Source of the DNA: Paracoccaceae bacterium
GTDB lineage: Bacteria; Pseudomonadota; Alphaproteobacteria; Rhodobacterales; Rhodobacteraceae
DNA length: 55,818 bases
Assembly (NCBI GenBank): GCA_050289105.1
Contig: JBNKFC010000511.1
Span: 1 to 55,818 of the forward strand
Direction of reading: 5' to 3'
The stretch's first letter is position 1; every line of letters starts with the position of its first letter. A program made the translations under genes and the position numbers. This document shows, piece by piece, positions 40,853 to 50,419 of the stretch. The notes under the pieces were generated by a model. That model was not told the DNA's origin. It saw only the letters and a program-made list of their open reading frames with translations, and did not search any database.

Positions 40853-40868
40853 GAAAGGAGGATACGAC

Positions 40869-41117
40869 ATGGAGAATCTCGTCGAAGTCGTGAGTATCAT
40901 AGGGGCGATCGTGGCCGTTTCCTTCGGGGCGTTCATGCCCGCATACAGCGAAGGCCGTGCGATCGCTGCTGCAATGGAGGCGATAGCCCGGCAACCCGAA
41001 GCTGCGGGCACCCTCTCGCGGACGCTCTTCGTGGGGCTTGCGATGATCGAAACGATGGCGATCTACTGCCTCGTGATCGCGCTGCTCCTACTCTACGCCA
41101 ACCCTTTCACGGGCTGA
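40869..41117 (+). CDS. atpE: N-ATPase c subunit
   Basis: ARQPE loop; PAYSEG and IETMAIY; AGGAGG RBS. Confidence 0.95.
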   Translation: MENLVEVVSIIGAIVAVSFGAFMPAYSEGRAIAAAMEAIARQPEAAGTLSRTLFVGLAMIETMAIYCLVIALLLLYANPFTG

Positions 41118-41124
41118 TTTCGAG

Positions 41125-41862
41125 ATGCAGATCGACTGGTGGACACTCGGGCTTCAGACGATCAACTTCCTGGTGGTCGTCTGGCTGTTGAGCCGGTTCC
41201 TGTACCAGCCGATCCGACAGGTTATCGAACAGCGCGAAGCAGCCGACCGTGCGGCTAAGGAAGCGGCAGAGGACAAAGTCCGCGCTGCGGACGAGGCGCG
41301 GAAGGCATTCGAAGCGAAGCGAGACCAGCTTGCCGAAGAGCAACGGGGAGAAGAGGCGAGACTTCACGCGGAAATGGAGAAAGAGCGCCAGGCGATGCTC
41401 GCGACCGCGGAGAAGAAAGCCAGCGATCTCGTCGCAGAGGCGAAGCTCCGAATCGATCGGGAGCGCACACAGGCGCTGGAACATCTCGACCAGCAGATTG
41501 CGGAACTGGCGAGCGACCTGGCACGAACCGCGCTGAGCGAAATTCCCACTGCAGGCGAAGCCCTGTTGCAGCATGTGACGGCGCATCTCGACGTACGGCC
41601 CGAAAGCGATCTGACGGAACTGCGCAAAGACCTTGAACGCGATGGCAACGGCCTTTCGGTCGTGACTGCCGCGCCCCTCCCCGACGAAGAGCAGGCCCAC
41701 TGGAGAGATGCCATGGCCAAGCATTTCAACGGCATCGACGTCAGGTTTGACCACGACCCCGCGCTTCTGGGCGGCGCTGAGCTGCGGTTTCCCCATGCCG
41801 TGCTGAGCTTCTCGGTCGCGGATCGGTTGAAGCGTTCGGCGCAAGAACTGAAGGCAGTCTAG
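41125..41862 (+). CDS. atpF: N-ATPase b subunit with delta-like C-terminal extension
   Basis: IDWWT..LQ.INF...L.RFLYQP, coiled coil, C-terminal DPALLGG.EL; no separate atpH in the operon. Confidence 0.9.
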   Translation: MQIDWWTLGLQTINFLVVVWLLSRFLYQPIRQVIEQREAADRAAKEAAEDKVRAADEARKAFEAKRDQLAEEQRGEEARLHAEMEKERQAMLATAEKKASDLVAEAKLRIDRERTQALEHLDQQIAELASDLARTALSEIPTAGEALLQHVTAHLDVRPESDLTELRKDLERDGNGLSVVTAAPLPDEEQAHWRDAMAKHFNGIDVRFDHDPALLGGAELRFPHAVLSFSVADRLKRSAQELKAV

Positions 41863-41863
41863 C

Positions 41864-43399
41864 ATGGCGTTGGAAGGGGACGCGAAGGATTGGATCGAGC
41901 GGGCCAGAAAGCGGCTCGGGGAAACAAGCCAAAAGCCGGAACTGCGCCGCATTGGGCGTGTCGAATTGATCGGCGATGGCGTCGCACGCGTCGCAGGTCT
42001 TCCGCACACGAAACTGGATGAGCTTCTTCGCTTCCAGGACGGAACGCTCGGCCTGGCCATGACTATCGATGAGGCGGCAATCGGTTGCGTATTGCTGTCT
42101 TCGGGCGAAGGTATCACGGCGGGAAGCGAGGTTTACGGCACGGGCGAGGTGGCGCGCGTGCCCGTCGGAGATGGCCTGCTGGGTCGGGTCATCTCACCCA
42201 TAGGGGAAACGCTCGACGAGGGCCCGCCCCTCAAGGCCCAGCGTCTCGACCCGGTCGAACGGCCCGCACCTGGGATCGTCGACCGCGACCTCGTGACGGA
42301 ACCCTTGCTGACCGGGTTGACGGTGATCGACAGCATGATCCCACTGGGTCGCGGGCAACGCCAACTGATTATCGGCGACCGCAAGACAGGTAAGACCACG
42401 ATTGCAGTCGACACGATCATCAACCAGCGCGACTCCGATGTCGTATGCATCTATGCCGCCATCGGACAGAAGGCCTCGACCGTCTCTCGGGTCATCAAGG
42501 CAGCACAGACGCATGGAGCCGCCGATCGTTGTATTTTCGTCGTTGCCTCTGCCGACGCGGCGCCGGGCGCTCAATGGATCGCGCCCTATGCCGCATGCAC
42601 GATTGCCGAATATTTCAGGGACAAAGGGCAGCATGCGCTTCTCATTCTCGACGATCTGACCAAGCATGCCATCGTCTATCGACAGCTCTCGCTGATCCTG
42701 CGCAACCCTCCCGGGCGCGAGGCGTATCCGGGCGACGTCTTTTATCTGCATGCCCGGCTCCTCGAACGTGCGGCCAAGTTATCAGGCGAAAACGGCGGCG
42801 GTTCGTTGACCGCCCTTCCGATTGCCGAAACGCAAGCGGGCAATCTGACGGCGTATATCCCGACGAACCTGATCTCGATCACCGATGGTCAGATCTACCT
42901 GGAACCGAAGCTGTTCTACGAGGGTCAGAAGCCGGCGGTAAATGTCGGAATGAGCGTCAGCCGCGTGGGCGGTGCGACACAGGCAAGCGCGATCAAGGCG
43001 CTCGCGGATAGATTAAAGCTCGACTACGCGCAGTTCCTGGAACTCGAGGTTTTCACGCGCTTTGGCGCGATGATGGACGAACGCACCAAGAAGAAGATCG
43101 AACACGGACGGCGGCTTCGCGCGACCCTGAAGCAGGAGGAATATTCGCCCGTTCCGCTTGCGATCCAGGTCGGGCTGCTTCTGGGCGTAGCGGAGGGCCT
43201 TTTGGACGATCTGCCGCTCTCGGCTATGCCTGCGTTCCGCGAGGCTCTGGCAGAACGGCTGCCGAAGGAGCGCCCACGCGCGGTTTCTGAAATCAACGAA
43301 ACGAACCAGCTTTCGGACGAATCCCGCGCCGCGCTTCTGGAAATCGTGAAAGCCTGCGCGGCGGATCTCGCACCGACCACGGAGGAGAGCGAGACCTGA
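41864..43399 (+). CDS. atpA: N-ATPase alpha subunit
   Basis: GDRKTGKT, PPGREAYPGDVFYLH and TNLISITDGQ motifs. Confidence 0.96.
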   Translation: MALEGDAKDWIERARKRLGETSQKPELRRIGRVELIGDGVARVAGLPHTKLDELLRFQDGTLGLAMTIDEAAIGCVLLSSGEGITAGSEVYGTGEVARVPVGDGLLGRVISPIGETLDEGPPLKAQRLDPVERPAPGIVDRDLVTEPLLTGLTVIDSMIPLGRGQRQLIIGDRKTGKTTIAVDTIINQRDSDVVCIYAAIGQKASTVSRVIKAAQTHGAADRCIFVVASADAAPGAQWIAPYAACTIAEYFRDKGQHALLILDDLTKHAIVYRQLSLILRNPPGREAYPGDVFYLHARLLERAAKLSGENGGGSLTALPIAETQAGNLTAYIPTNLISITDGQIYLEPKLFYEGQKPAVNVGMSVSRVGGATQASAIKALADRLKLDYAQFLELEVFTRFGAMMDERTKKKIEHGRRLRATLKQEEYSPVPLAIQVGLLLGVAEGLLDDLPLSAMPAFREALAERLPKERPRAVSEINETNQLSDESRAALLEIVKACAADLAPTTEESET

Positions 43400-44227
43400 A
43401 TGGAAGACCTAAGCCGCATCAAGTCCCGGCTGGAGAGCCTTAACGAACTCGGAGAACTCGTCGGTGCGCTGCGCTCGATGGCCGCCTCGCGGACGCGTGA
43501 GGCGCAGGAGGCTTTCGCCGGGACGCGCGCCTACCGGGGAGTGGTCGAGCGTTCCATTGCGGAGGTGTCGCTCCTTGTGCCGGAGCGTGCGAAAGATGCG
43601 CGCCGGAACGGATTGGCTGGGCGCGTGCTGATCGTCATCTGCTCGGAGAACGGCTTCGTCGGGCTGTTCAACTCGCGCCTGATCGAACGCGCCATACAAC
43701 TCCGACAACCGGACGAGGAACTGGTCATCGTCGGGCGCCGCGGCCAGAACACCGCTGTCGAACGGGGCGTCGCGAGTGCCCTGTCATTCCCGATGGCCTC
43801 GCGGGTGCAGGGGATCACGACGCTCGCGCGCCGGATCGCCGCACATCTCTCCGGCGCGGCAGAAGTGCGTGTCGTCTTTGCGCGTCACATGCCTGGTGCC
43901 GCCTTTGAGATCGCGGACTCTCAGGTCTTGCCGGTGGGAGAGATGAGCACTGGCACGCAACTCACGCCGCCGGTCATACACCTTCAGCCGGATGAACTGA
44001 TGGCGCGTCTCGCCACCGAATATCTCTTTGCTGAGCTGGCGCATGCTCTGATGGAGAGCCTCGCCAGCGAGAATGCCGCACGAATGCAGGCCATGGACTC
44101 CGCCTCGCGAAACATCGACGAAAGAACCGACTCCCTGCGCCGCGACGAGCGCGTGGCGCGTCAGGAGAAGACGACAACCGAGATGCTGGACGTCGTAGTC
44201 GGCGCGGAAGCCGTTGAACACGAATAG
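43400..44227 (+). CDS. atpG: N-ATPase gamma subunit
   Basis: SENGFVG.FN, SENAARM.AM..A..N and RQEKTTTE motifs. Confidence 0.93.
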   Translation: MEDLSRIKSRLESLNELGELVGALRSMAASRTREAQEAFAGTRAYRGVVERSIAEVSLLVPERAKDARRNGLAGRVLIVICSENGFVGLFNSRLIERAIQLRQPDEELVIVGRRGQNTAVERGVASALSFPMASRVQGITTLARRIAAHLSGAAEVRVVFARHMPGAAFEIADSQVLPVGEMSTGTQLTPPVIHLQPDELMARLATEYLFAELAHALMESLASENAARMQAMDSASRNIDERTDSLRRDERVARQEKTTTEMLDVVVGAEAVEHE

Positions 44228-44350
44228 CAAGGCCGTTCATCCCGTCACCCATCACCGCGCCTTTATGAATTCGTGGGCCGCGAAGACCCGGCCATCTCCC
44301 TTGAGACGACGTACGCTCGACCGGATGAACCCGTCGACCCAGTCATCCGA

Positions 44351-45721
44351 TCAAAGCTCGAAGCTCTGATGCAGCCCAGGCATCTCGATGCGAGGACATT
44401 TCAACGTCTTCGCCATGCTTTTCATGGATTTCTCTTCTCCATGGACGAGAAACGTCAATTCGGGCGATCCTGTGCGCCTGTGCCAGTCTAACAAATCGTT
44501 GCGGCCTGCATGGGCCGAAAAGCCATTGATCGTGTGAATCTTCGCGCGCACAGGAATGTTGTCGCCAAAAAGCTTCACCGACTTTGCTCCGTCAATGATG
44601 ATCCGGGCGAGCGTGCCCTGGGCGGCGTACCCCACGAAGATGACGCTGCAGTCGCTATGGGCGAGGTTGTGGCGGAGATGATGACGAACTCGGCCACCGG
44701 TGCACATGCCCGATCCGGCCATCAGCACCGCCCCGGACCGGATGCGGTTCAGCTCCATGGACTCGGATGCCTCCCGGACAAAATGAAGATCGGGCAACTC
44801 GAACGGGTCGCTCCCGCTGCGCAGCCTTGCCGCGATCTCCGGTTTCATCGCCTCAGGGTGACGCTCAAAGAGCTTGGTCGCGGAGATCGCCATGGGCGAG
44901 TCGAGAAAGACCTGGAGCGATGATCGCACCTTCTTCCTGCGCATGCCCTCTTTCAGAAAGAACAACAGCTCCTGCGCGCGCTCCAGCGCGAAGGTCGGAA
45001 TGATGACATTACCCCCTCGCTCATCCGCGTCGGCAACCGCGCCGAGGAATTCATCGATCGAGGCCTCGATGTCGCGGTGATCCCGGTCGCCATAGGTCGT
45101 CTCCATTACAACGACGTCGGCGTTCGAGGGCGGGGCGGGCTCGTTCAGAAGTGGCCGCTCCCTTGGACCGATATCGCCGGAGAACAGAATGCGTTTGCGA
45201 TGGCCTCCCTCTGCGACGTCCAGAAGGATGCTCGCGGAGCCTAGGATGTGTCCCGCATCGTGGAATGTCGCCCTCGCCCCATGCCCAAGGTCAATCGGGT
45301 TGCCATATTCCGCTACGCGGCCAAACCGATCCACAGCGTCGAGCGCGTCCATTGTTTCATAAAGCGGACCGTCCTTCTTGCCATGCCGCCTGCGCCGCCG
45401 CGCTTCTTCCTCATGAAGATGGGCGGAATCCATCATCACAAGCCGTGCCAGATCGCGCGTGGCGGCAGTGCTGATGATTTCCCCGGTGAAACCGCGCTTC
45501 ACCAGCAGCGGAATTCGCCCGCAATGGTCCAGATGCGCATGTGTCAAAAGCAGGATGTCGATCGAGGCAGGATCGAATCCGAAAGGCGCGGCGTTCTCCT
45601 CGTGGAGTTCGCGTTCGCCCTGGAACATACCGCAATCGACGAGGATGTTTCGCCCGTCAACAGAAACGAGGTGGCACGATCCGGTGACGCCGCCCGCTGC
45701 CCCGTGAAACGATATCCGCAT
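44351..45721 (-). CDS. Metallo-beta-lactamase/beta-CASP ribonuclease-family protein
   Basis: VTGSCH, THAHLDH, AGHILGS, METTYG, SGMCTGGR, FSAHA and LVHGE motifs. Confidence 0.92.
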   Translation of the reverse strand: MRISFHGAAGGVTGSCHLVSVDGRNILVDCGMFQGERELHEENAAPFGFDPASIDILLLTHAHLDHCGRIPLLVKRGFTGEIISTAATRDLARLVMMDSAHLHEEEARRRRRHGKKDGPLYETMDALDAVDRFGRVAEYGNPIDLGHGARATFHDAGHILGSASILLDVAEGGHRKRILFSGDIGPRERPLLNEPAPPSNADVVVMETTYGDRDHRDIEASIDEFLGAVADADERGGNVIIPTFALERAQELLFFLKEGMRRKKVRSSLQVFLDSPMAISATKLFERHPEAMKPEIAARLRSGSDPFELPDLHFVREASESMELNRIRSGAVLMAGSGMCTGGRVRHHLRHNLAHSDCSVIFVGYAAQGTLARIIIDGAKSVKLFGDNIPVRAKIHTINGFSAHAGRNDLLDWHRRTGSPELTFLVHGEEKSMKSMAKTLKCPRIEMPGLHQSFEL

Positions 45722-45722
45722 A

Positions 45723-46673
45723 TCACGCCCCTTTCTGTGTCAGCGCCAGCCCTGCCCGGTCATACCAGAGGCAAATATCGTCCCAGATCTCCTGGGCGGT
45801 TTCGGCGTACCAAAAAAGCTCCCGATCCTCGGGATCGATAACCCCCTCCGCGACCAGAAAGTCGGGATCAAACGCGTTCTTCCAGTAATCCCGGCCCACG
45901 AGGATAACCGGCACCGGTGGAATCTTCCGGGTCTGCATCAGTGTCAGTGCCTCGAACAACTCATCGAACGTTCCGAAGCCACCGGGAAAAACGACCAACG
46001 CGCGGGCCCTCAACAGAAAGTGCAATTTGCGGATCGCGAAGTAATGGAAGCGGAAACAGAGCCCGGGCGTCAGGTACGGATTTGGGTACTGTTCGTGCGG
46101 CAGGGTGATATTCAACCCGACGGTGCGCGCCTTGACGTCGCACGCGCCTCGGTTTGCGGCCTCCATCAATCCAGGCCCGCCTCCGGTGATCACGGCTAAC
46201 CTGTTGCCCATCTCACCCTCTGCCCGCCCGACGATCCGGCCGAATTCCCGAGCCATGTCGTAGTAGCGGCTCTTGTCCCGGATTCGCCGCGCTATTTGCA
46301 GCCGTTTGGCGATCTCCTGGTTGTCGGGGTCTTTGGCCAGCCGCGCCTCGAGATCCGTCTCGTTTCTGCGCGCTGCCGCAGGTTCGGGGACTCGGGTGCT
46401 GCCAAATACGACGATGGAATGGGCAATGCCGTGGTCGCCGAAGAGCTTTTCCGCCTTCAGGTAGTCAAGCTGAAGCCTGATCCCGCGGGTATCGTCACGC
46501 CGAAGAAAGTCGACATCCTCATCTGCCTGCTTGTACTCCGGGCTCTCCAGAATTCTGTCGATGAGCGCTGAAGCTTTCGGGTCTTCGACGTCGGGTTTCG
46601 GCACTGACCATGGAAGATCCGATTTTCGAATTCGGGGGTGGGCGGGTTCCGGCTTCTCGTCAAAGGGCGACAT
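45723..46673 (-). CDS. LOG-family (TIGR00730) nucleotide phosphoribohydrolase-like protein
   Basis: VFGSTR, TGGGPGLMEAANRG, FHYFAIRK and FPGGFGTFDELFE motifs. Confidence 0.92.
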   Translation of the reverse strand: MSPFDEKPEPAHPRIRKSDLPWSVPKPDVEDPKASALIDRILESPEYKQADEDVDFLRRDDTRGIRLQLDYLKAEKLFGDHGIAHSIVVFGSTRVPEPAAARRNETDLEARLAKDPDNQEIAKRLQIARRIRDKSRYYDMAREFGRIVGRAEGEMGNRLAVITGGGPGLMEAANRGACDVKARTVGLNITLPHEQYPNPYLTPGLCFRFHYFAIRKLHFLLRARALVVFPGGFGTFDELFEALTLMQTRKIPPVPVILVGRDYWKNAFDPDFLVAEGVIDPEDRELFWYAETAQEIWDDICLWYDRAGLALTQKGA

Positions 46674-46733
46674 CGAATGACCAATCCATTTCAGGAGCCA
46701 CGTACGATAGACACAGCCTGCCGCGCGCAGGCA

Positions 46734-46747
46734 TTGACGCGCGTCAA
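46734..46747 (-). promoter_or_regulatory. FNR/FnrL/FixK-type box
   Basis: Perfect palindrome TTGAC-GCGC-GTCAA about 60 bp upstream of the LOG start; -10-like TATCGT (minus strand, 46704-46709). Confidence 0.7.
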
Positions 46748-47120
46748 AGCGTGGTTCCGCGTCAAAGGGATTGTGGTTTCAAAAGATTTTCGGCCTTCGT
46801 TTCTGAGTTTGCGTAAGCGCTCGTGGGCAGGGGCTTACGTTTCAGGTCAGGTCTCATGGACAGGCGGCGCGCCGGATATCTCGCAACTCTGCTCAGCCGG
46901 CGCTGATGCCCCGATCCCCGTTGAGCGGAGTCCCTGGTTCAGTGGCTGAACTGATTGTCTGTCGTCAGACGATTTGGGAAGGGAATTCCCAATCGGGCAT
47001 GCCGATCGCAGCGCGGTTTCTGGATTGGTTAGCGTTGAGTTGAAGTGATTGCGGGGGGCTTATTGGCCTTGACCGAAAACACGCGCAATTCGATTGAACA
47101 AACTTAACATTTCCACCTTT

Positions 47121-47250
47121 AAGGGCGGGTAGCGGTCATTCGCTGCAATCTCTAACCAAGCTGGGAGCATGACTGGAAGCAGACGTTCGCCGCACTGCCG
47201 CTAGATCCTGTCGAACACTCAAGGCGCGTGAAGGTCCACTCTGCGGACGG
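47121..47250. repeat. Degenerate inter-module repeat cluster 1
   Basis: (+) GGGCGGGTAGCGGTCATTCGCTGCA 47123-47147; (+) GGAAGCAGACGTTCGCCGCA 47175-47194; (-) AGTGGACCTTCAC 47228-47240. Confidence 0.6.
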
Positions 47251-47297
47251 AGCGTGTGCCAGGACAGTTGGCTCCTGCCCGCCTCATTAAACGTCGG

Positions 47298-48182
47298 TCA
47301 AGGGAACAGGCGCTCGAGGAAACTCCGAACGACGCGTAGGAAGGCGGGCTCATCTTCGACAAAGGAAAGATGCGCCACCTCCGGGATCTCGACGACAATG
47401 GCGTCTTTCATCATCGCGGCGAAGGCGCGCAACGTGCCGGGCCGGGCTTCATCATGTTCACCACACACGAAGAGCACGGGCGCCGACACCTCTCCGATCC
47501 TGTCCAGACCATCGTAGTCCCGGATGACGCCACGCGCGGTGAACTCGCTCGGCCCCCAGATGAAGTTGTAAAGCGCGTCGTTGAACAACTCGCCGGACCT
47601 TGCGTGATGCGGGGGCCTGTCTCCCTTCCGCCGGACATGTCGCTTCATGAACACTTCGTTTGCGTGCTGATAGCCGGGGTTGTCGAAGTCGTTGTCGGCT
47701 TCGCATTCCCGGATGAGCCGCTGCAAGTACTCGGGCAGCCCGGCAATCAACTCCTGGGCGCCCCTGCTCCACCGTTCGGCGCTGAGACAGGGGCTGACGA
47801 GGATAAGCCCCGCCGTGCGATCGGGATATTTGAGGGCGTATTCGTAGGCCAGGAGGCCGCCCCAGGAATGCCCGACCGGAATAAGCCTCTCGAATCCCAG
47901 TGCCGCGCGCACCCGCTCGATCTCATCGACGTAGTAATCTATGGTCCAGTTCGACCGGTCGCCCGGCCGGTCGGAGTTCCCGGTGTCGAGCTGGTCGTAG
48001 AGGACGACGGGTTGCAGGTCATCGAGCGCCGCAAGCGCCATCAGATAATGATGCGACATTCCGGGGCCGCCAGTAATGCCCAGAACGGCCGCGCGCGCCG
48101 GTTGTAGCCCGTTCTGCCGATACCAGGTGCGCCCGCCGGGTCCGTCGACGTAACCCGCAATTTCCGGATCGATCCACATCAT
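47298..48182 (-). CDS. Proline iminopeptidase/L-amino acid amidase-family alpha/beta hydrolase
   Basis: GGPG, YDQL..G.S, GHSWGG nucleophile, WGPSEF, GEHDE. ATG 48182 follows GGAAGGGGG. Confidence 0.88.
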   Translation of the reverse strand: MMWIDPEIAGYVDGPGGRTWYRQNGLQPARAAVLGITGGPGMSHHYLMALAALDDLQPVVLYDQLDTGNSDRPGDRSNWTIDYYVDEIERVRAALGFERLIPVGHSWGGLLAYEYALKYPDRTAGLILVSPCLSAERWSRGAQELIAGLPEYLQRLIRECEADNDFDNPGYQHANEVFMKRHVRRKGDRPPHHARSGELFNDALYNFIWGPSEFTARGVIRDYDGLDRIGEVSAPVLFVCGEHDEARPGTLRAFAAMMKDAIVVEIPEVAHLSFVEDEPAFLRVVRSFLERLFP

Positions 48183-48340
48183 TGCGTCCCCCCTTCCACG
48201 CGCGCCAAGCCGCGCAAAGTCACGTGATACCCGCATTCGAGGCCCGTCAATACGATCGACATGCCATCCGGCATGGAGCCGATTCTCCCGCTTCTCCGGC
48301 ACCCGCCCACCAGCCGGTACGGCAGTGCAAGATTGACGAC

Positions 48341-48410
48341 CGGCAAAGTCCGCTTTGGGGGTCGGAGCTGCCGTTCGCCGTGCACGGCATCAATGGCATT
48401 TCCGGGCCGT
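48341..48410. repeat. Degenerate inter-module repeat cluster 2 (bulged hairpin)
   Basis: (-) CCCAAAGCGGACTTTGCCG 48341-48359; (+) GGAGCTGCCGTTCGCCG 48364-48380 pairs with 48385-48403 around the palindrome GCCGTGCACGGC. Confidence 0.6.
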
Positions 48411-48570
48411 TCCCGGCATTGCTGCATTCGGTCGCGTTCCCGGGCTCCGTCTTCGTTGTAGTGCCTGCGGCATCCGAATATGTTGATCAGGCAGCGATGC
48501 TCAACCATTGGACCCGGCTTGATTAGACCACATCGGACATACACGTTTCTGCGCGAAGCAGGGCTTTGAC

Positions 48571-49236
48571 ATGCGGAGCGGCCTTACCCGAAGGAGACTG
48601 GCGATCCTGGCGGTTCTTTTGCTTGTCTTGGCCGGATACCGAACCGTCTTCAGTGCATCCGACCTGATGCCCGTTTATATCATTTTTACTGAGGAAGCAG
48701 GCTTCTCAGAAGCGAGTAAGACCGAGATCCTTACCCTCCTTAGACTGGATGCGCGTGATCGCCACGTGAAAGTGATGCGAGAGGCGGATGCAGAGATCGT
48801 GACCGATCTTGATCGTATCAGGCAACGCATAGACACGGTCGGCGATAACGTGGACAACGGCTTGCTTTTCGTTCCCCTCTCGGCGCCGACAGCAGACAGC
48901 AAGAAACTGCTCCGCGCATCGTTAGAGGAGGCGTATGGCGGCACGGGCTGTCGCTTGGCGGAGGCTCTCAGGCAGACCGTTCCCGTGGTTTCTGCCGAGC
49001 TCTATTCACCAGATGCGGTCATATCGGCGCATGATGCGTGCACGCAGGCGTGCCCAGAGCCGCGAGTTTCGGAACCGGTGCACGACCAGATACATGATGA
49101 TGTGGTGTATTTCGATGATAATTTCAGAGGAATGGGGTTGCTGGTCCGCTCCGTCGACCGCGACGTGTTTGCGCGCTTCGGCGATGCCTTGGATGACTTG
49201 GCACCGCGCATGGCGGAAACAGCTTGCGAAGCCTGA
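48571..49236 (+). CDS. Hypothetical exported or membrane-anchored protein
   Basis: 221-aa ORF with a basic-then-hydrophobic N-terminus; no recognised family. Confidence 0.6.
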   Translation: MRSGLTRRRLAILAVLLLVLAGYRTVFSASDLMPVYIIFTEEAGFSEASKTEILTLLRLDARDRHVKVMREADAEIVTDLDRIRQRIDTVGDNVDNGLLFVPLSAPTADSKKLLRASLEEAYGGTGCRLAEALRQTVPVVSAELYSPDAVISAHDACTQACPEPRVSEPVHDQIHDDVVYFDDNFRGMGLLVRSVDRDVFARFGDALDDLAPRMAETACEA

Positions 49237-49269
49237 AAACCGACTGACGGCTGTCTGTAGCGGGAGGTT

Positions 49270-49330
49270 CGGGAAAGCTGCTCTGCAGGCCCGTGCCGTC
49301 GGCGAATGACCGGTAAGGGCGGGATTGCAC
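49270..49330. repeat. Degenerate inter-module repeat cluster 3
   Basis: (-) ACCGGTCATTCGCCG 49300-49314 shares CGGTCATTCGC exactly with 47133-47143. It is followed by AAGGGCGGG, as at 47121. Confidence 0.55.
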
Positions 49331-49369
49331 TGCACACTGGGGCAGGCTCATCTGCCCGTCCGGATTGCA

Positions 49370-49852
49370 TCAAAGAGCGAGTTCGTCCAGGACCGAACCT
49401 TTTGTCGGCGGATGCAACACGATCTTCAGTGCTCGGGCGGGTGTCAGTGGAACTCTTCTGTTGATCGGAAGGAACAGCAGGCTCCGCGCCAACGGGCAAT
49501 AACCGAAAACGACGAGCGCGGTGGTTCCGGTCGCCTGTATCCAGAACATCGGCGTCAGGTGCGGAACGAAACTGGCAACCATCCAAACCAAATAGACCAC
49601 GCGAACCTGAGTCGGAAAATCGAGAAGGCTGCGCGTCCGGGCCAAGTAAATCACCGTTTGCGCGACCACCAACATCAATGCTGCAAGTCGAGATGTCCCA
49701 CTGCCGGCCAGTCCCCCGAGCAACAGGACGTCGATTGCGAGCCACGCCCACCAGGCAAAGGGACGCCGCCACAAATTGCGTGATTGGGTGAGGGCAAAAT
49801 CGGACAGAGCGCATAGGTGTACTGTTTGGGCCATCGGTTTTCTCCACGGCAT
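49370..49852 (-). CDS. Hypothetical membrane protein
   Basis: Several hydrophobic helices, FGYCPLAR motif. Start uncertain. Confidence 0.6.
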   Translation of the reverse strand: MPWRKPMAQTVHLCALSDFALTQSRNLWRRPFAWWAWLAIDVLLLGGLAGSGTSRLAALMLVVAQTVIYLARTRSLLDFPTQVRVVYLVWMVASFVPHLTPMFWIQATGTTALVVFGYCPLARSLLFLPINRRVPLTPARALKIVLHPPTKGSVLDELAL

Positions 49853-50088
49853 CAAATGGTGTTAGTGCTTGTGAGAAATGATGCCCGAGCGTATCGCGAG
49901 GATTTCAGGCGCTGAAGTCTTGGGTTTCAAATGTTACCGGGCGCCCCCGACAACCGATCATATTTTTGCTTCAGGCAGCGCGGGCCGAGTCATCGAACAG
50001 CACCACGATGACCGTCTTCTGCGCCCGCTCAGCAGTCTTCCATCACCTAAAATTGCTGCGCTCGTGTGCCAGTGGCAGCATTGGGGAA

Positions 50089-50183
50089 GCTGCACCGCGG
50101 CGCTTCCGCATGTGACGAAGGTCTGTTTCGGGCCGGTCGCTGCATTTGGATTGGAAGGGCGGAAAGCAGAAGTTCTCTGCAAT
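50089..50183. repeat. Degenerate inter-module repeat cluster 4
   Basis: (-) GGCCCGAAACAGACCTTCGTCACA 50111-50134; (+) 50155-50183 matches 47121-47149 at 22/29; 50089-50138 is a direct repeat of 53854-53904. Confidence 0.65.
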
Positions 50184-50419
50184 TGCGAAGCAGTGGGCGA
50201 GAATGCAGTAACGCGGGCATCTACCGAGGATGCCAATGCGCCAGTACAAACCAATTGGACCCGGCGTTCGCACGCCGGTTTCGTTTTCACCCAATTGGTC
50301 CAATTCGTGGGATGCCAGCCGGAGCCGACTGTAGAAGTAGTATGCATGCCTGCTTCGTCGAAGCGGCAAATGGCGCACACGGCGCGCGCTTTGGCCTATT
50401 GCCTGTCGATCTGCGCGCA

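Noticed and set aside
44351-45721. Antibiotic-resistance beta-lactamase
   Set aside because: The beta-CASP motifs and lack of a signal peptide indicate a nuclease-type fold.
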